Below are positions 1 through 7,480 of a stretch of DNA of 32,000 bases, piece after piece. The notes below the pieces were generated by a model. It ran no database searches. It was not told the origin of the DNA and saw nothing but the letters and a program-made list of their open reading frames with translations. The stretch is from the NCBI GenBank assembly GCA_017994615.1, contig JAGOKM010000006.1, positions 1-32,000 on the forward strand. Reading direction: 5' to 3'. The first letter of the stretch is position 1. Every line of letters starts with the position of its first letter. This DNA comes from Bacillota bacterium (GTDB lineage: Bacteria; Bacillota; DTU025; MWDF01). Both the position numbers and the translations under genes were made by a program.

Positions 1-800
1 AGCCTGTCGGCGTTCTCCCCCTGGCAGATCAACAGGCCGGACTGTGCGAGCGACGCGGATATGGCCTCGTCGTCCACGTAGACGCGCACAGCGGTGCCGT
101 CCAGCGCCGGAAGCGGCTCGAGGGCTATCTCAAGAAGGTTCTTCAGGTCGAACTTGTTTGACTTGGTCGGCGCGACGACCTTGGATTCCCATGAAGTCCC
201 GGCCGGTATGGCGAGCCTTGAGCCGACGATGACGTCCTCGTCTACCGTAATCACCGCTATGTCCCCCGGCTTCGATTTCAGCGTGCTCAGCGGCGTATCT
301 ATGGTCACTACCAGCTTGGTGCCCTTGGCCAGCTTCTCGTAACCTATATCGACCCCGCCCTTGCCAGATGTGGCCTCAATGACCCTGGCTATCCTGACCG
401 GAAGGGCCTCCCTGCTTACATAGCCGAAAAGCGCCTTCTCCAACGCAGCCACCTTGTCCAGCAGGGAAGTGCCCCCCACCCTTCCGTCTACTATCCACTG
501 GGCGAACACCACCTTGTAGCCCAGCGACGCAACGCTGAGCTTGTCTCCGCCCAGCTCCGACCACAGCTTCTCCACCCGCTCCGCAAGGTTCCCCGCCCCT
601 GGCTTGGCCAGTACTATCTCTTCGAGCTTCGAGACGCGGGGCAGTATGGGCCCGTCCACGGGCCTGCCGAATAGCGTCTTCTCCATCTCGGACAGCATCT
701 CCGACTGGGAGATCGGAGGGGGGGCGGCAGTCGAAAGGGCCGCCGCGATCAGCAATATGGCTAGAATGGCGGCCGGGATAGTCGATATCTTCCTTTTCAT
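1..800 (-). CDS. exported hypothetical protein (3' end cut by window edge)
   Basis: I translated the minus strand by hand from ATG at 800-798. The frame stays open to position 1, which is why the ORF track (no stop in window) does not list it. The N-terminus MKRKISTIPAAILAILLIAAALSTAAPPP looks like a signal peptide. An internally repeated motif occurs twice (EMEKTLFGRPVDGPILPRVSKLEEI and ALEKALFGYVSREALPVRIARVIEA). It starts 21 nt after the stop of the upstream OMP gene. I recognise no family. Confidence 0.55.
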   Translation of the reverse strand, partial: MKRKISTIPAAILAILLIAAALSTAAPPPISQSEMLSEMEKTLFGRPVDGPILPRVSKLEEIVLAKPGAGNLAERVEKLWSELGGDKLSVASLGYKVVFAQWIVDGRVGGTSLLDKVAALEKALFGYVSREALPVRIARVIEATSGKGGVDIGYEKLAKGTKLVVTIDTPLSTLKSKPGDIAVITVDEDVIVGSRLAIPAGTSWESKVVAPTKSNKFDLKNLLEIALEPLPALDGTAVRVYVDDEAISASLAQSGLLICQGENADR

Positions 801-821
801 CTCTTCACGCTCCGGTTCGTA

Positions 822-2150
822 TCAGAACTTGATGCTGATCCCCAGCGCCGTAAGGTTCTTCTTCAGGTCTATCTTGTCGAAGTCGGAGAAGTCGATGAGC
901 CTGTATCCTACCATGATGGACGCGTTGTTGAATATCCTGTAGCCTAGGTCGATGCCGGCTAGCTGCTTTACGCCGACGTCGCTGTTCAATCTCAGCGAGC
1001 CGCGGAATAACCAGCTTAAAGGCGAGCTGTCGTCATAAAGCCATGATTTCGTCGAAAGGGCGTCCGAGGCGATTATGTTCCTGACCTGCTCCACCTGGTA
1101 TCCAGCCTGCATGAAGGCCGATTCGCCGAGCAAAAGCTTGTAGAAGATGCCGAGGGACGCCGACGATTGCAGCTCAAGGCCCTTGTCCGCCGCCGTCTTC
1201 AGGTCGCCGCTTTCTATGTTGTAGCCCGCCTGTATTGTAAGGGAGTCCGTAACGCTCCTCAACGGCACTATGCTGTCGATCCTGTACTTGATCCCGACGC
1301 CCGTCTTGGCTGTCAGGTCGGTTATGGCCGAGTCCTCGCCGTGGCTTCCCGTCATCCTATAGTCGAGTGTAAGCCCGCCTCCCTGGCTGTTCCCGAGGAG
1401 CAGCCCTACGCCGGCGCTTGACTTGTTCTGCTCCCGCTTTTCGTCGGCGAACAGGGAGGCGCTGACGTTCAACACCTCGAACAGGCTGACCTGCTTGGAC
1501 TTCTCGGGGTTTATCGTGTCCAGCTGGAGCGGCTGCATCTTCGGCACTATCGAACCCGGCAGCAGCTCCTTGTCAGGCATTGTGAGGGACGCCTGAGACA
1601 CCGCAGACGGCATGTTGATCTTTTCGAGGACTTCAGTTAGCGATAGGACGGACGTGCCGGTCTGGACCGGCACGTTGGCGCCGCCTGATGGCATAAGGTA
1701 TGAGTAATCGATGCCGGAAGGCGCTTCGGCCGATTGTCTCTTCCCGACAACACCCCTTGCCATGAGCTGGACCGAGAATTCCTTTACGAGGTCGTTCAGG
1801 AGCCACGCGTCCCTGGATGTTATCTTCTGCGCCGTGGTCCCCATTATGGCGATGTCGATGGCAGCAACGTTTGTAAGGTCCAAATCGGTCAACCCGAGCT
1901 TCAGCAGCGCCCTTTCAATGGAAGCGGCGGCGAAGTCCTTGTTGATGGGTATCTTGGTGAGGTAATAGGGAGAGTCCTTGATGTCCAGGACGTTGTTCTT
2001 GGCCAGCTCCGCCAGCGCCCTGTACCTCCAGTCGTCGGATTTCAGGATCTCCGGTTCCGAGGCAAGGCCGGGCAAGGCGAAAAGGAGCACCAGCAAGGAG
2101 CACATGAGGGCTGTATTCAAGCTGTAGGCCCTTTTCAAGCTGCGCTTCAT
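822..2150 (-). CDS. OmpM-like outer-membrane beta-barrel protein with degenerate N-terminal SLH-like segment
   Basis: 442-codon ORF with ATG at 2150. Signal peptide MKRSLKRAYSLNTALMCSLLVLLFALPGLASE. The segment DDWRYRALAELAKNNVL...KDFAAASIERAL resembles a weak SLH motif (W-x-Y-x-A-L...LA...V, then FA..I.RAL). The C-terminal half alternates hydrophobic and polar residues like beta strands and ends LTALGISIKF, an aromatic C-terminal OMP beta-signal. Confidence 0.6.
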   Translation of the reverse strand: MKRSLKRAYSLNTALMCSLLVLLFALPGLASEPEILKSDDWRYRALAELAKNNVLDIKDSPYYLTKIPINKDFAAASIERALLKLGLTDLDLTNVAAIDIAIMGTTAQKITSRDAWLLNDLVKEFSVQLMARGVVGKRQSAEAPSGIDYSYLMPSGGANVPVQTGTSVLSLTEVLEKINMPSAVSQASLTMPDKELLPGSIVPKMQPLQLDTINPEKSKQVSLFEVLNVSASLFADEKREQNKSSAGVGLLLGNSQGGGLTLDYRMTGSHGEDSAITDLTAKTGVGIKYRIDSIVPLRSVTDSLTIQAGYNIESGDLKTAADKGLELQSSASLGIFYKLLLGESAFMQAGYQVEQVRNIIASDALSTKSWLYDDSSPLSWLFRGSLRLNSDVGVKQLAGIDLGYRIFNNASIMVGYRLIDFSDFDKIDLKKNLTALGISIKF

Positions 2151-2200
2151 CCCTTTCTACCCGTATCAGTATTTATTCTCCGGCCGTCAGCCATTTCCTT

Positions 2201-2617
2201 TTATGCAGTTTTGCCCTTTATGCTTAGATACCTTCTGGCTATCACCTCGGCCACATAATCGTCCCAAGGCCTGTCCGGTGTCCTCAGCCCTATCGGTATC
2301 AGACGGGCCCACCACGGCTTCCTGTTGTCCAGGAGGAAGAGCCGCCTGCCTTCCACTGTGGAGTTCCTCTCGTCCACGCGCACTATCCTGAAGCCGTCCC
2401 TGGCGCCCATGGCGGATATTATCTCGGCTTCCACTTCCCTGGTCTTGGTCCCGTCTCCCAAGGCGATCTCCACAGTCCTTCCAGCAGAAAGGGCTGCAAT
2501 TTCCTCTGCTGCCGAGCTTCTCGGGACGATGCAACGCTTAACAAGCCTCCCGCCCTCCTCCAGAAGGGCGAGGCCCACCTTGCTAAGACCGGGATCTACT
2601 CCTATAACGAAATCCAA
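2201..2617 (-). CDS. YqgF/RuvX-like RNase H-fold nuclease (putative)
   Basis: 138 codons. TTG start at 2617, with GGAGGA (2625-2630) 7 nt upstream. N-terminus MDFVIGVDPGLSKVGLAL (the D-x-G of the RNase H/YqgF fold), then VRVDERNSTVEGRR and DDYVAEVIARRYL, resembling the DER-x-T/S and D-x-x-AA-x-IL motifs of YqgF-type proteins. Confidence 0.5.
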   Translation of the reverse strand: MDFVIGVDPGLSKVGLALLEEGGRLVKRCIVPRSSAAEEIAALSAGRTVEIALGDGTKTREVEAEIISAMGARDGFRIVRVDERNSTVEGRRLFLLDNRKPWWARLIPIGLRTPDRPWDDYVAEVIARRYLSIKGKTA

Positions 2618-2640
2618 TCAATCATCCTCCGAGAAACCTT

Positions 2641-2674
2641 ATTATATTATACCCTGCAGGATGCCGATAAAAAA
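2641..2674 (-). promoter_or_regulatory. candidate promoter for the YqgF-like gene
   Basis: The minus strand reads TTTTTTATCGGCATCCTGCAGGGTATAATATAAT. Two overlapping TATAAT hexamers lie at 2646-2651 and 2641-2646. A T-tract sits where the -35/UP element would be. There is no good TTGACA match. A TSS here would leave a ~20-nt leader containing the RBS. Confidence 0.3.
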
Positions 2675-2708
2675 GAAAGCCCGGGGGCATCTGCATGCCC
2701 CCGGGCTT
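2669..2708 (-). terminator. rho-independent terminator after the SlpA/OmpM-like gene
   Basis: Perfect 14-bp stem (2677-2690 aagcccgggggcat pairs with 2695-2708 atgcccccgggctt) and a 4-nt loop. On the minus strand it is followed by TCTTTTTT (2669-2676). It begins 15 nt after the TAA stop at 2723-2725. Confidence 0.85.
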
Positions 2709-2722
2709 GTCCGCGTTTAAGG

Positions 2723-5700
2723 TTAGAACTTGGTGCTCAGCTTTACGCCCAGTGTATTGACCAGGCTGTCCGGGTAGACAGCGTTGGTGTACTTCGCGTA
2801 CCTGGTCGTGAAGTCCGCTACCAGGCTGGTGTTGTTGAATATCTTCTGGTTGTATCCCACACCTGCGCTAAGTACGAATCCGTCAGGCTTGGTTCCGTCC
2901 ACGTAGTTCCTGTACTCGACTCCGCCCATCGCATAGAGGCTGGCCTTCTCGGTTATGTTGTAGGTCAGCTTCATGTCGGCGAACACCTTGAGCATCTCGA
3001 TGCTCTTGAAGTACGCGCCGAGGTTGGCGGCCAGGTTCCACTTCAGGAAGAAGCTGGTGTTAAGATGCAGGTCTCCGTATATCATCTGGTAAGGAGCTAT
3101 GCTGCCGAGCCTCTCGCTCGTGAACGTATCTCCGAACCTGCCCTCCCAACCGGCGTTGGCCCAGAGTACATCCTGGATGAGCTGCAGCTTCTCGAGCTTC
3201 AGGAATGCCAGGTAGGTGTTCCTGAGTGCCATTCCGGGCGCCTTTTCCGTCTCTCCGTAGTAGCTGAAGCCTGCGTCGAAGATATAGAGCTTCAGCTTAA
3301 GGTCGGCTCCTGCGTAGCAGAACGCGTCAGCCACGGAAGCGGGAGCCTGCCATGTGCCACCGATGATGGTGTCGGCTTGCCTGCCGCCGTAAAGCTTCAG
3401 CGAGCCCTTGGTCAGGCCTGCCACTTCGAAGGAGTACTTGGCATAGATCTCGTTGGTATGGGTCATGTTGGCCCATGCCGCATCGCCGTAGAAGCCGGTC
3501 AGAAGGCCGAACTCCAGGTTCGGAAGCACTTGGAACTTGTTGTAGATATCTACGTTCATGACGTCGCTGGATATGATGTCAGGATCCGTGCCGTCGGCGA
3601 ATTCGGCGAACTGAGGGGCGTAGCCGGCGCTTACGCGCTCGAACGACATGCCGGTGCTCCAGATGCCTACCTTGCCGTCCAGGTATGCCGTTATGGCCTG
3701 CTCAGGCATCGGGGCCGCCTGGAATACGAGGTTTGCGAACCCGCCCGCGCTCCAGTTCTCGTTCAGCGTCAGGTCGAGGTTAACTCCGATGTTCTTCTCC
3801 TTGGTGGACACCGTCGTGTCTCCGGAGAAGAGCCTGTCGTCTACCGCCAGGTAATGCAGGGTGAGGTCAACTATTTCGGCGTAGTTGGCATTGCCCGCGA
3901 GTCCCCAAACGTAATTGAAGTCGGTAGTCGAGCCGAGCTTCGCAAGTATGGCCGATGCGCCGAGGGTCATGTCCTCGACCAGCGTCGGGGTGTACTTCAT
4001 CCATCCGCTGAGGCCCTCATAGCCGGCTGCGGTGAACTTCTTGTCCGACATTACGTACTTGCTGATGTACTTGGGCCTCGACTGCTCCCCGCCGAGGATC
4101 TGGCCGGAGCCGTTGGGTCCGGTCACCTTGACGTCGAGGTCGCCGTTGAATACGTATGCCGCTACGTCCGCAATCCCGTAGGTGTCTACGCCGCCCGTCA
4201 GGCCGACGTTGATCTCCACTCCGGGCTCGGGCTTGATTGTGCCGTTGAGGGTGAGCGACGCTTTGTAGAGGTTGCTGGGATCGATCGTTCCCTTGGCGCT
4301 GTTGTACGGATCCTTGTAGGCAGGTCCGAACTTGACCTCCGTATCCTTGAACTCAACCGCGAATGTGCCTGAGAGCAGGAACTTGTTGACCCATAGGCTG
4401 GCCAGCTTGTCTGTCAGGCCCATGAGCCCGCTCTTGAGGCTCAGCACGTCAGCAGCGCTGGTCCCGGCCGCGCCTTCGAGGCTTGCGACCTTTGCGCTGA
4501 GGGCGTCTGCGCTGATTTTGTTGCTGGCTTCGAGAGCTGCAATCCTCTCATTGAGGGCCGCATCCGCCGCTGCCAGGTTCTTCAGCAGGTTCGTGTCATG
4601 GTTCTGCTGGATGTACAGGTCGTTGATGTCGTTCGCGTTCTGGGTTATCTGGTCCTGAAGAGGTCCGAGCAACCCAAGGTTGGCTGCCTGCTGCTCGAGG
4701 AGCCCTATTCTCATTAGAGCGTTGTCGACCTTGCCGCTTTCAAGCGAGGCCAGGTCAAGGTTGAGGAGGGCTATCTTCTCGTCCAGGAGCGCCATCTTGG
4801 CGTTTGCAGCTTCGCAGCACTCGTACAGGTAGTTGACCTGGTCGTAGAGCGCCTTGAGCTTCGTGATGTCATCCTGGGCCTCCAGAAGGTCGAGCCTTAG
4901 AAGGGCGATTTCTTCCTTGGTCACATCGGTGCCGGGCACTACGACCGGTGCCGGTGTAGAAGATGCCGTCGCTGCGGGCGCTGGCAGAGCCTTGATGGTG
5001 GCCTCAATGGCTGCGAACTTGGCTGCCATCTCTGCCTTGAGGGCGTTGATGTCGTCCGCGTTCTTATAGTTGAGGCTGTAGAGGTCCACGATGTCGGCGG
5101 TGTTCTGGCCGACCTGCTTCTTCATGGCGTCCAGATCGGCGGTGTTCTGGCCGACCTGCCAGTCCAAGGTGCCCAACTTGGCGTCGGTCTCGCTGGCCTT
5201 GAGCTCCAGCACGCCGACCCTGTTGTCTACTGTGTTGACCTTTGATTCGACAGCGTTCAGCTTGGAGGCCAGCGCGTCGTTGTTCATGGAACCGAGCTGC
5301 AGCTTGAGCGCTGCGATGTCGGCCTCGTTCTTGGCAACCCTGGCTTCCAGCTTCTTGAACTGCTCGTCAAGGGCGTCTACGCGGACGCCGAGTATAGAAA
5401 GCTCGCGGGAGAACTCGGTCCTGAGGTCCTGGATCATGGCATAGAGCTCGGCTATCCTTGCGTCTATGTCCTCGAGCTTCGGTCCTACTTGGGCCTCTAT
5501 CTTCTCCTTGATGATCTGCTCGAGGATGGTCTGGTCAGGTTCGACCTTGACCACCGTGGTCACCGGCGCAGGTGTCGGTACGGGCGTCGTCGTAACGGTG
5601 ACGGGTGTGGCCGCTGCCACATGGGCCACGATGCGCTCGTCCAGCCATTTCAGCAGCCTGGCTATTACGACTGCCAATTCGTACCTGGTGGTGGCTTGCG

Positions 5701-5875
5701 GGCCTTTGAAGGTTCCGTCAGGGTACCCTTCGAAGATTCCCAGTGCGGTCAGCTCCTTAATCGATTCGGTCGCCCAGTGGTAGTCCGGGACGTCCGGATA
5801 AGGGCTCGCCATCGCCGGCATCGCTACCGCCATGGCAAGCAGAACCGCAATTAGCATGGCTACGGTTCTCTTCAT
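2723..5875 (-). CDS. SLH-domain / long coiled-coil / large C-terminal beta-barrel outer-membrane tether protein (SlpA/OmpM-like)
   Basis: 1050 codons, ATG at 5875, RBS AGGGGGGT.
- Signal peptide MKRTVAMLIAVLLAMAVAMPAMA.
- Clear SLH motif PDVPDYHWATESIKELTALGIFEGYPDGTFKGPQATTRYELAVVIARLL.
- TPV-rich spacer.
- Heptad-like coiled coil at residues ~114-296 and ~318-494, split by the Pro/Ala/Thr hinge LPAPAATASSTPAPVVVPGTD.
- Residues ~495-1050 show a beta-strand pattern ending GVKLSTKF. Confidence 0.8.
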   Translation of the reverse strand: MKRTVAMLIAVLLAMAVAMPAMASPYPDVPDYHWATESIKELTALGIFEGYPDGTFKGPQATTRYELAVVIARLLKWLDERIVAHVAAATPVTVTTTPVPTPAPVTTVVKVEPDQTILEQIIKEKIEAQVGPKLEDIDARIAELYAMIQDLRTEFSRELSILGVRVDALDEQFKKLEARVAKNEADIAALKLQLGSMNNDALASKLNAVESKVNTVDNRVGVLELKASETDAKLGTLDWQVGQNTADLDAMKKQVGQNTADIVDLYSLNYKNADDINALKAEMAAKFAAIEATIKALPAPAATASSTPAPVVVPGTDVTKEEIALLRLDLLEAQDDITKLKALYDQVNYLYECCEAANAKMALLDEKIALLNLDLASLESGKVDNALMRIGLLEQQAANLGLLGPLQDQITQNANDINDLYIQQNHDTNLLKNLAAADAALNERIAALEASNKISADALSAKVASLEGAAGTSAADVLSLKSGLMGLTDKLASLWVNKFLLSGTFAVEFKDTEVKFGPAYKDPYNSAKGTIDPSNLYKASLTLNGTIKPEPGVEINVGLTGGVDTYGIADVAAYVFNGDLDVKVTGPNGSGQILGGEQSRPKYISKYVMSDKKFTAAGYEGLSGWMKYTPTLVEDMTLGASAILAKLGSTTDFNYVWGLAGNANYAEIVDLTLHYLAVDDRLFSGDTTVSTKEKNIGVNLDLTLNENWSAGGFANLVFQAAPMPEQAITAYLDGKVGIWSTGMSFERVSAGYAPQFAEFADGTDPDIISSDVMNVDIYNKFQVLPNLEFGLLTGFYGDAAWANMTHTNEIYAKYSFEVAGLTKGSLKLYGGRQADTIIGGTWQAPASVADAFCYAGADLKLKLYIFDAGFSYYGETEKAPGMALRNTYLAFLKLEKLQLIQDVLWANAGWEGRFGDTFTSERLGSIAPYQMIYGDLHLNTSFFLKWNLAANLGAYFKSIEMLKVFADMKLTYNITEKASLYAMGGVEYRNYVDGTKPDGFVLSAGVGYNQKIFNNTSLVADFTTRYAKYTNAVYPDSLVNTLGVKLSTKF
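4925..4987 (-). other. Pro/Ala/Thr-rich hinge interrupting the coiled coil (residues 297-317)
   Basis: Hand-mapped codons encode LPAPAATASSTPAPVVVPGTD between two heptad-rich segments of 183 and 177 residues. Confidence 0.7.
5094..5159 (-). repeat. perfect 24-nt direct repeat spaced 42 nt apart (14-codon duplication inside the coiled coil)
   Basis: tcggcggtgttctggccgacctgc occurs at 5094-5117 and again at 5136-5159. It encodes QVGQNTAD twice, in ...WQVGQNTADLDAMKKQVGQNTADIVDL... Confidence 0.9.
5642..5800 (-). other. SLH (S-layer homology) domain, residues ~26-78
   Basis: YPDVPDYHWATESIKELTALGIFEGYPDGTFKGPQATTRYELAVVIARLLKWL matches the SLH consensus (W-A...I..L...GI..GYPDGTF.P...iTR.E.A). 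Confidence 0.85.
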
Positions 5876-6072
5876 GTGTTCTTACCCCCCTTGGCTTTGT
5901 TGATAATTCTCAACCTAAAACCCTCAAGCCCGTGAAGTGGCCTAGTTTCCTTCACAAACATCGGGTTTTACGCCCCTACGCACCGTTTTTGCGATGTATG
6001 TGCATAAGGGCTCGGTTACCTTGCTGGTTCTTCCTTTATAACTTCGATAATAAGTGCGGTAATCCTTCTTCA

Positions 6073-6102
6073 TTTATACATCTTATTGCGGTTATTTAGC
6101 AA
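6073..6102 (-). promoter_or_regulatory. candidate sigma70-type promoter for the SlpA/OmpM-like gene
   Basis: The minus strand reads TTGCTA (6097-6102), an 18-nt spacer ending in TG, then TATAAA (6073-6078). It lies in a 250-nt AT-enriched intergenic region and implies a ~190-nt leader. Confidence 0.35.
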
Positions 6103-6125
6103 GATTGCCGACAATTTCCCCGATA

Positions 6126-7469
6126 TTACGGCACCACCACAAGGGACATGCTGGGCTGCCCTTCGCTCCTTCGGATGTCCGTATCGGCGATTACCTGCAC
6201 GTTGACCTTCCTGCCGGTCTGGAGCACGTCGATTATGGCCTCTGTGAACTGCAGCGCCTTAATGAAGGTGCCGATCCTTCCTTCTTCGTCGCTGACCATG
6301 CCCTTGGCAAGGCCGATTGTGTTGACGTCCTCGATGAGCCTGAGTATCTCATACTGCACCTTGTCCGGGGAAAGCGCTCCGTCGACGACCCTCGAAGAGA
6401 CCACCTGGCCCTTGAAGAAGACTATCTCGTCCTCGAAGGTATGCAGAGAGATCCACAAGGGTTCTCCCGGCCAGCTGTTAACCGGCGACACAGCCCTCAT
6501 GATAACCAGCTTGCCCTGGGAAGAATACAGCTTCTGGAATGCCGCCAGCACGTTGTCCTCGTCGAAGTTCAAAGCCGATCCGTCCTGCCTGCCGGCGACC
6601 TCGCCCGCCCCTTTGGCCTTCGCTATTTCGTTCACCTTGATCAGGAAGTCGTTTATCTGCTGGTGTATGCCTCCTACCGGCTGAGAGCAGTCTATCACCG
6701 AGCCCAGGATTATCTGGTCGGCGTAGAATATCACCTGCGTCGTCATCGACGCCTCCTTGCTCTCTATCAGCAGCATGCTGGTCTGTATCAGGTTATCAAG
6801 CCGCTTTTCGAGGGAGGCGACCTCTTCTGTCAGCGCGTTCCTCGTCCCCTGGAGCTCAGAAATGTTGCGCTCGAGGTCCTTCCTCTCCTCTGAGAGGGTG
6901 GTTATCTCGCCCTGCTGCTCTTTGAGCAGTATGCCGGATTTCTGCACTTCCCTGCTCGCGTCGGTTAGCTCTCTTTCCGTTTCGGAAAGCTTCCTCTGGA
7001 TGTCCTGGAGGCCTTTCTTGAGCTCGTCGAGCTGCCTTGCGGTCACTGTCTTCTCGGAGTTCACCTTGCTGAGTTCCGCCGAAATCGCGCTGTAGTCGGA
7101 TTTCAGCTCTTCGTATTGCCCTCCGATGGTCGCCACCCTTGCGGTTAGCTCGTCTGCCTCGCGCATCTTGGCTGTCAGCTCGGACTTCGTGGCCTCGAGG
7201 GCCTCCCCGGTCTGTTTCAGGTCCTGTCTCAGCTGCTCTATCCTGAAGAGCGCTATGCGCACGTTCTCGGAGATGAGCGACAGGGCGCCGACAGTCAGTG
7301 CGACGACCAGCACCCCGGTTATGAAGGTAATCACTATGGAAGTGTACTTGGGCCTCAGTCCGAAAAGCGTTATCTTCTTCCTGCCGATGCGCATGCCGAT
7401 GCGGTCGCCCACTATGGCGAGCACTCCACCTAATATCCCCAGGAACACTATCAGCAACGCACCGTTCAA
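6126..7469 (-). CDS. DUF3084-like membrane protein: two N-terminal TM helices, ~170-aa coiled coil, C-terminal globular domain
   Basis: 447 codons. TTG start at 7469, with GGAGG (7475-7479) 5 nt upstream, 11 nt after the lptB stop. The N-terminus LLIVFLGILGGVLAIVGDRIGMRIGRKKITLFGLRPKYTSIVITFITGVLVV matches my memory of the DUF3084 N-terminal signature (GDRLG.K.GK.R.SLF.LRP). Residues ~68-238 are heptad- and charge-rich. Confidence 0.6.
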   Translation of the reverse strand: MNGALLIVFLGILGGVLAIVGDRIGMRIGRKKITLFGLRPKYTSIVITFITGVLVVALTVGALSLISENVRIALFRIEQLRQDLKQTGEALEATKSELTAKMREADELTARVATIGGQYEELKSDYSAISAELSKVNSEKTVTARQLDELKKGLQDIQRKLSETERELTDASREVQKSGILLKEQQGEITTLSEERKDLERNISELQGTRNALTEEVASLEKRLDNLIQTSMLLIESKEASMTTQVIFYADQIILGSVIDCSQPVGGIHQQINDFLIKVNEIAKAKGAGEVAGRQDGSALNFDEDNVLAAFQKLYSSQGKLVIMRAVSPVNSWPGEPLWISLHTFEDEIVFFKGQVVSSRVVDGALSPDKVQYEILRLIEDVNTIGLAKGMVSDEEGRIGTFIKALQFTEAIIDVLQTGRKVNVQVIADTDIRRSEGQPSMSLVVVP

Positions 7470-7480
7470 ATGTGCCTCCG

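Noticed and set aside
3065-4372. 435-aa plus-strand ORF antisense to the SlpA/OmpM-like gene. The plus-strand ORFs at 6105-6893, 16952-18106, 20766-21707 and 24137-25132 are similar.
   Set aside because: These ORFs lie entirely within well-supported minus-strand genes (murA, prfA, upp and others). Their products are Arg/Gly/His/Pro-rich low-complexity sequences with no motifs, and they have no RBS. They are typical shadow ORFs of GC-rich codon-biased genes.
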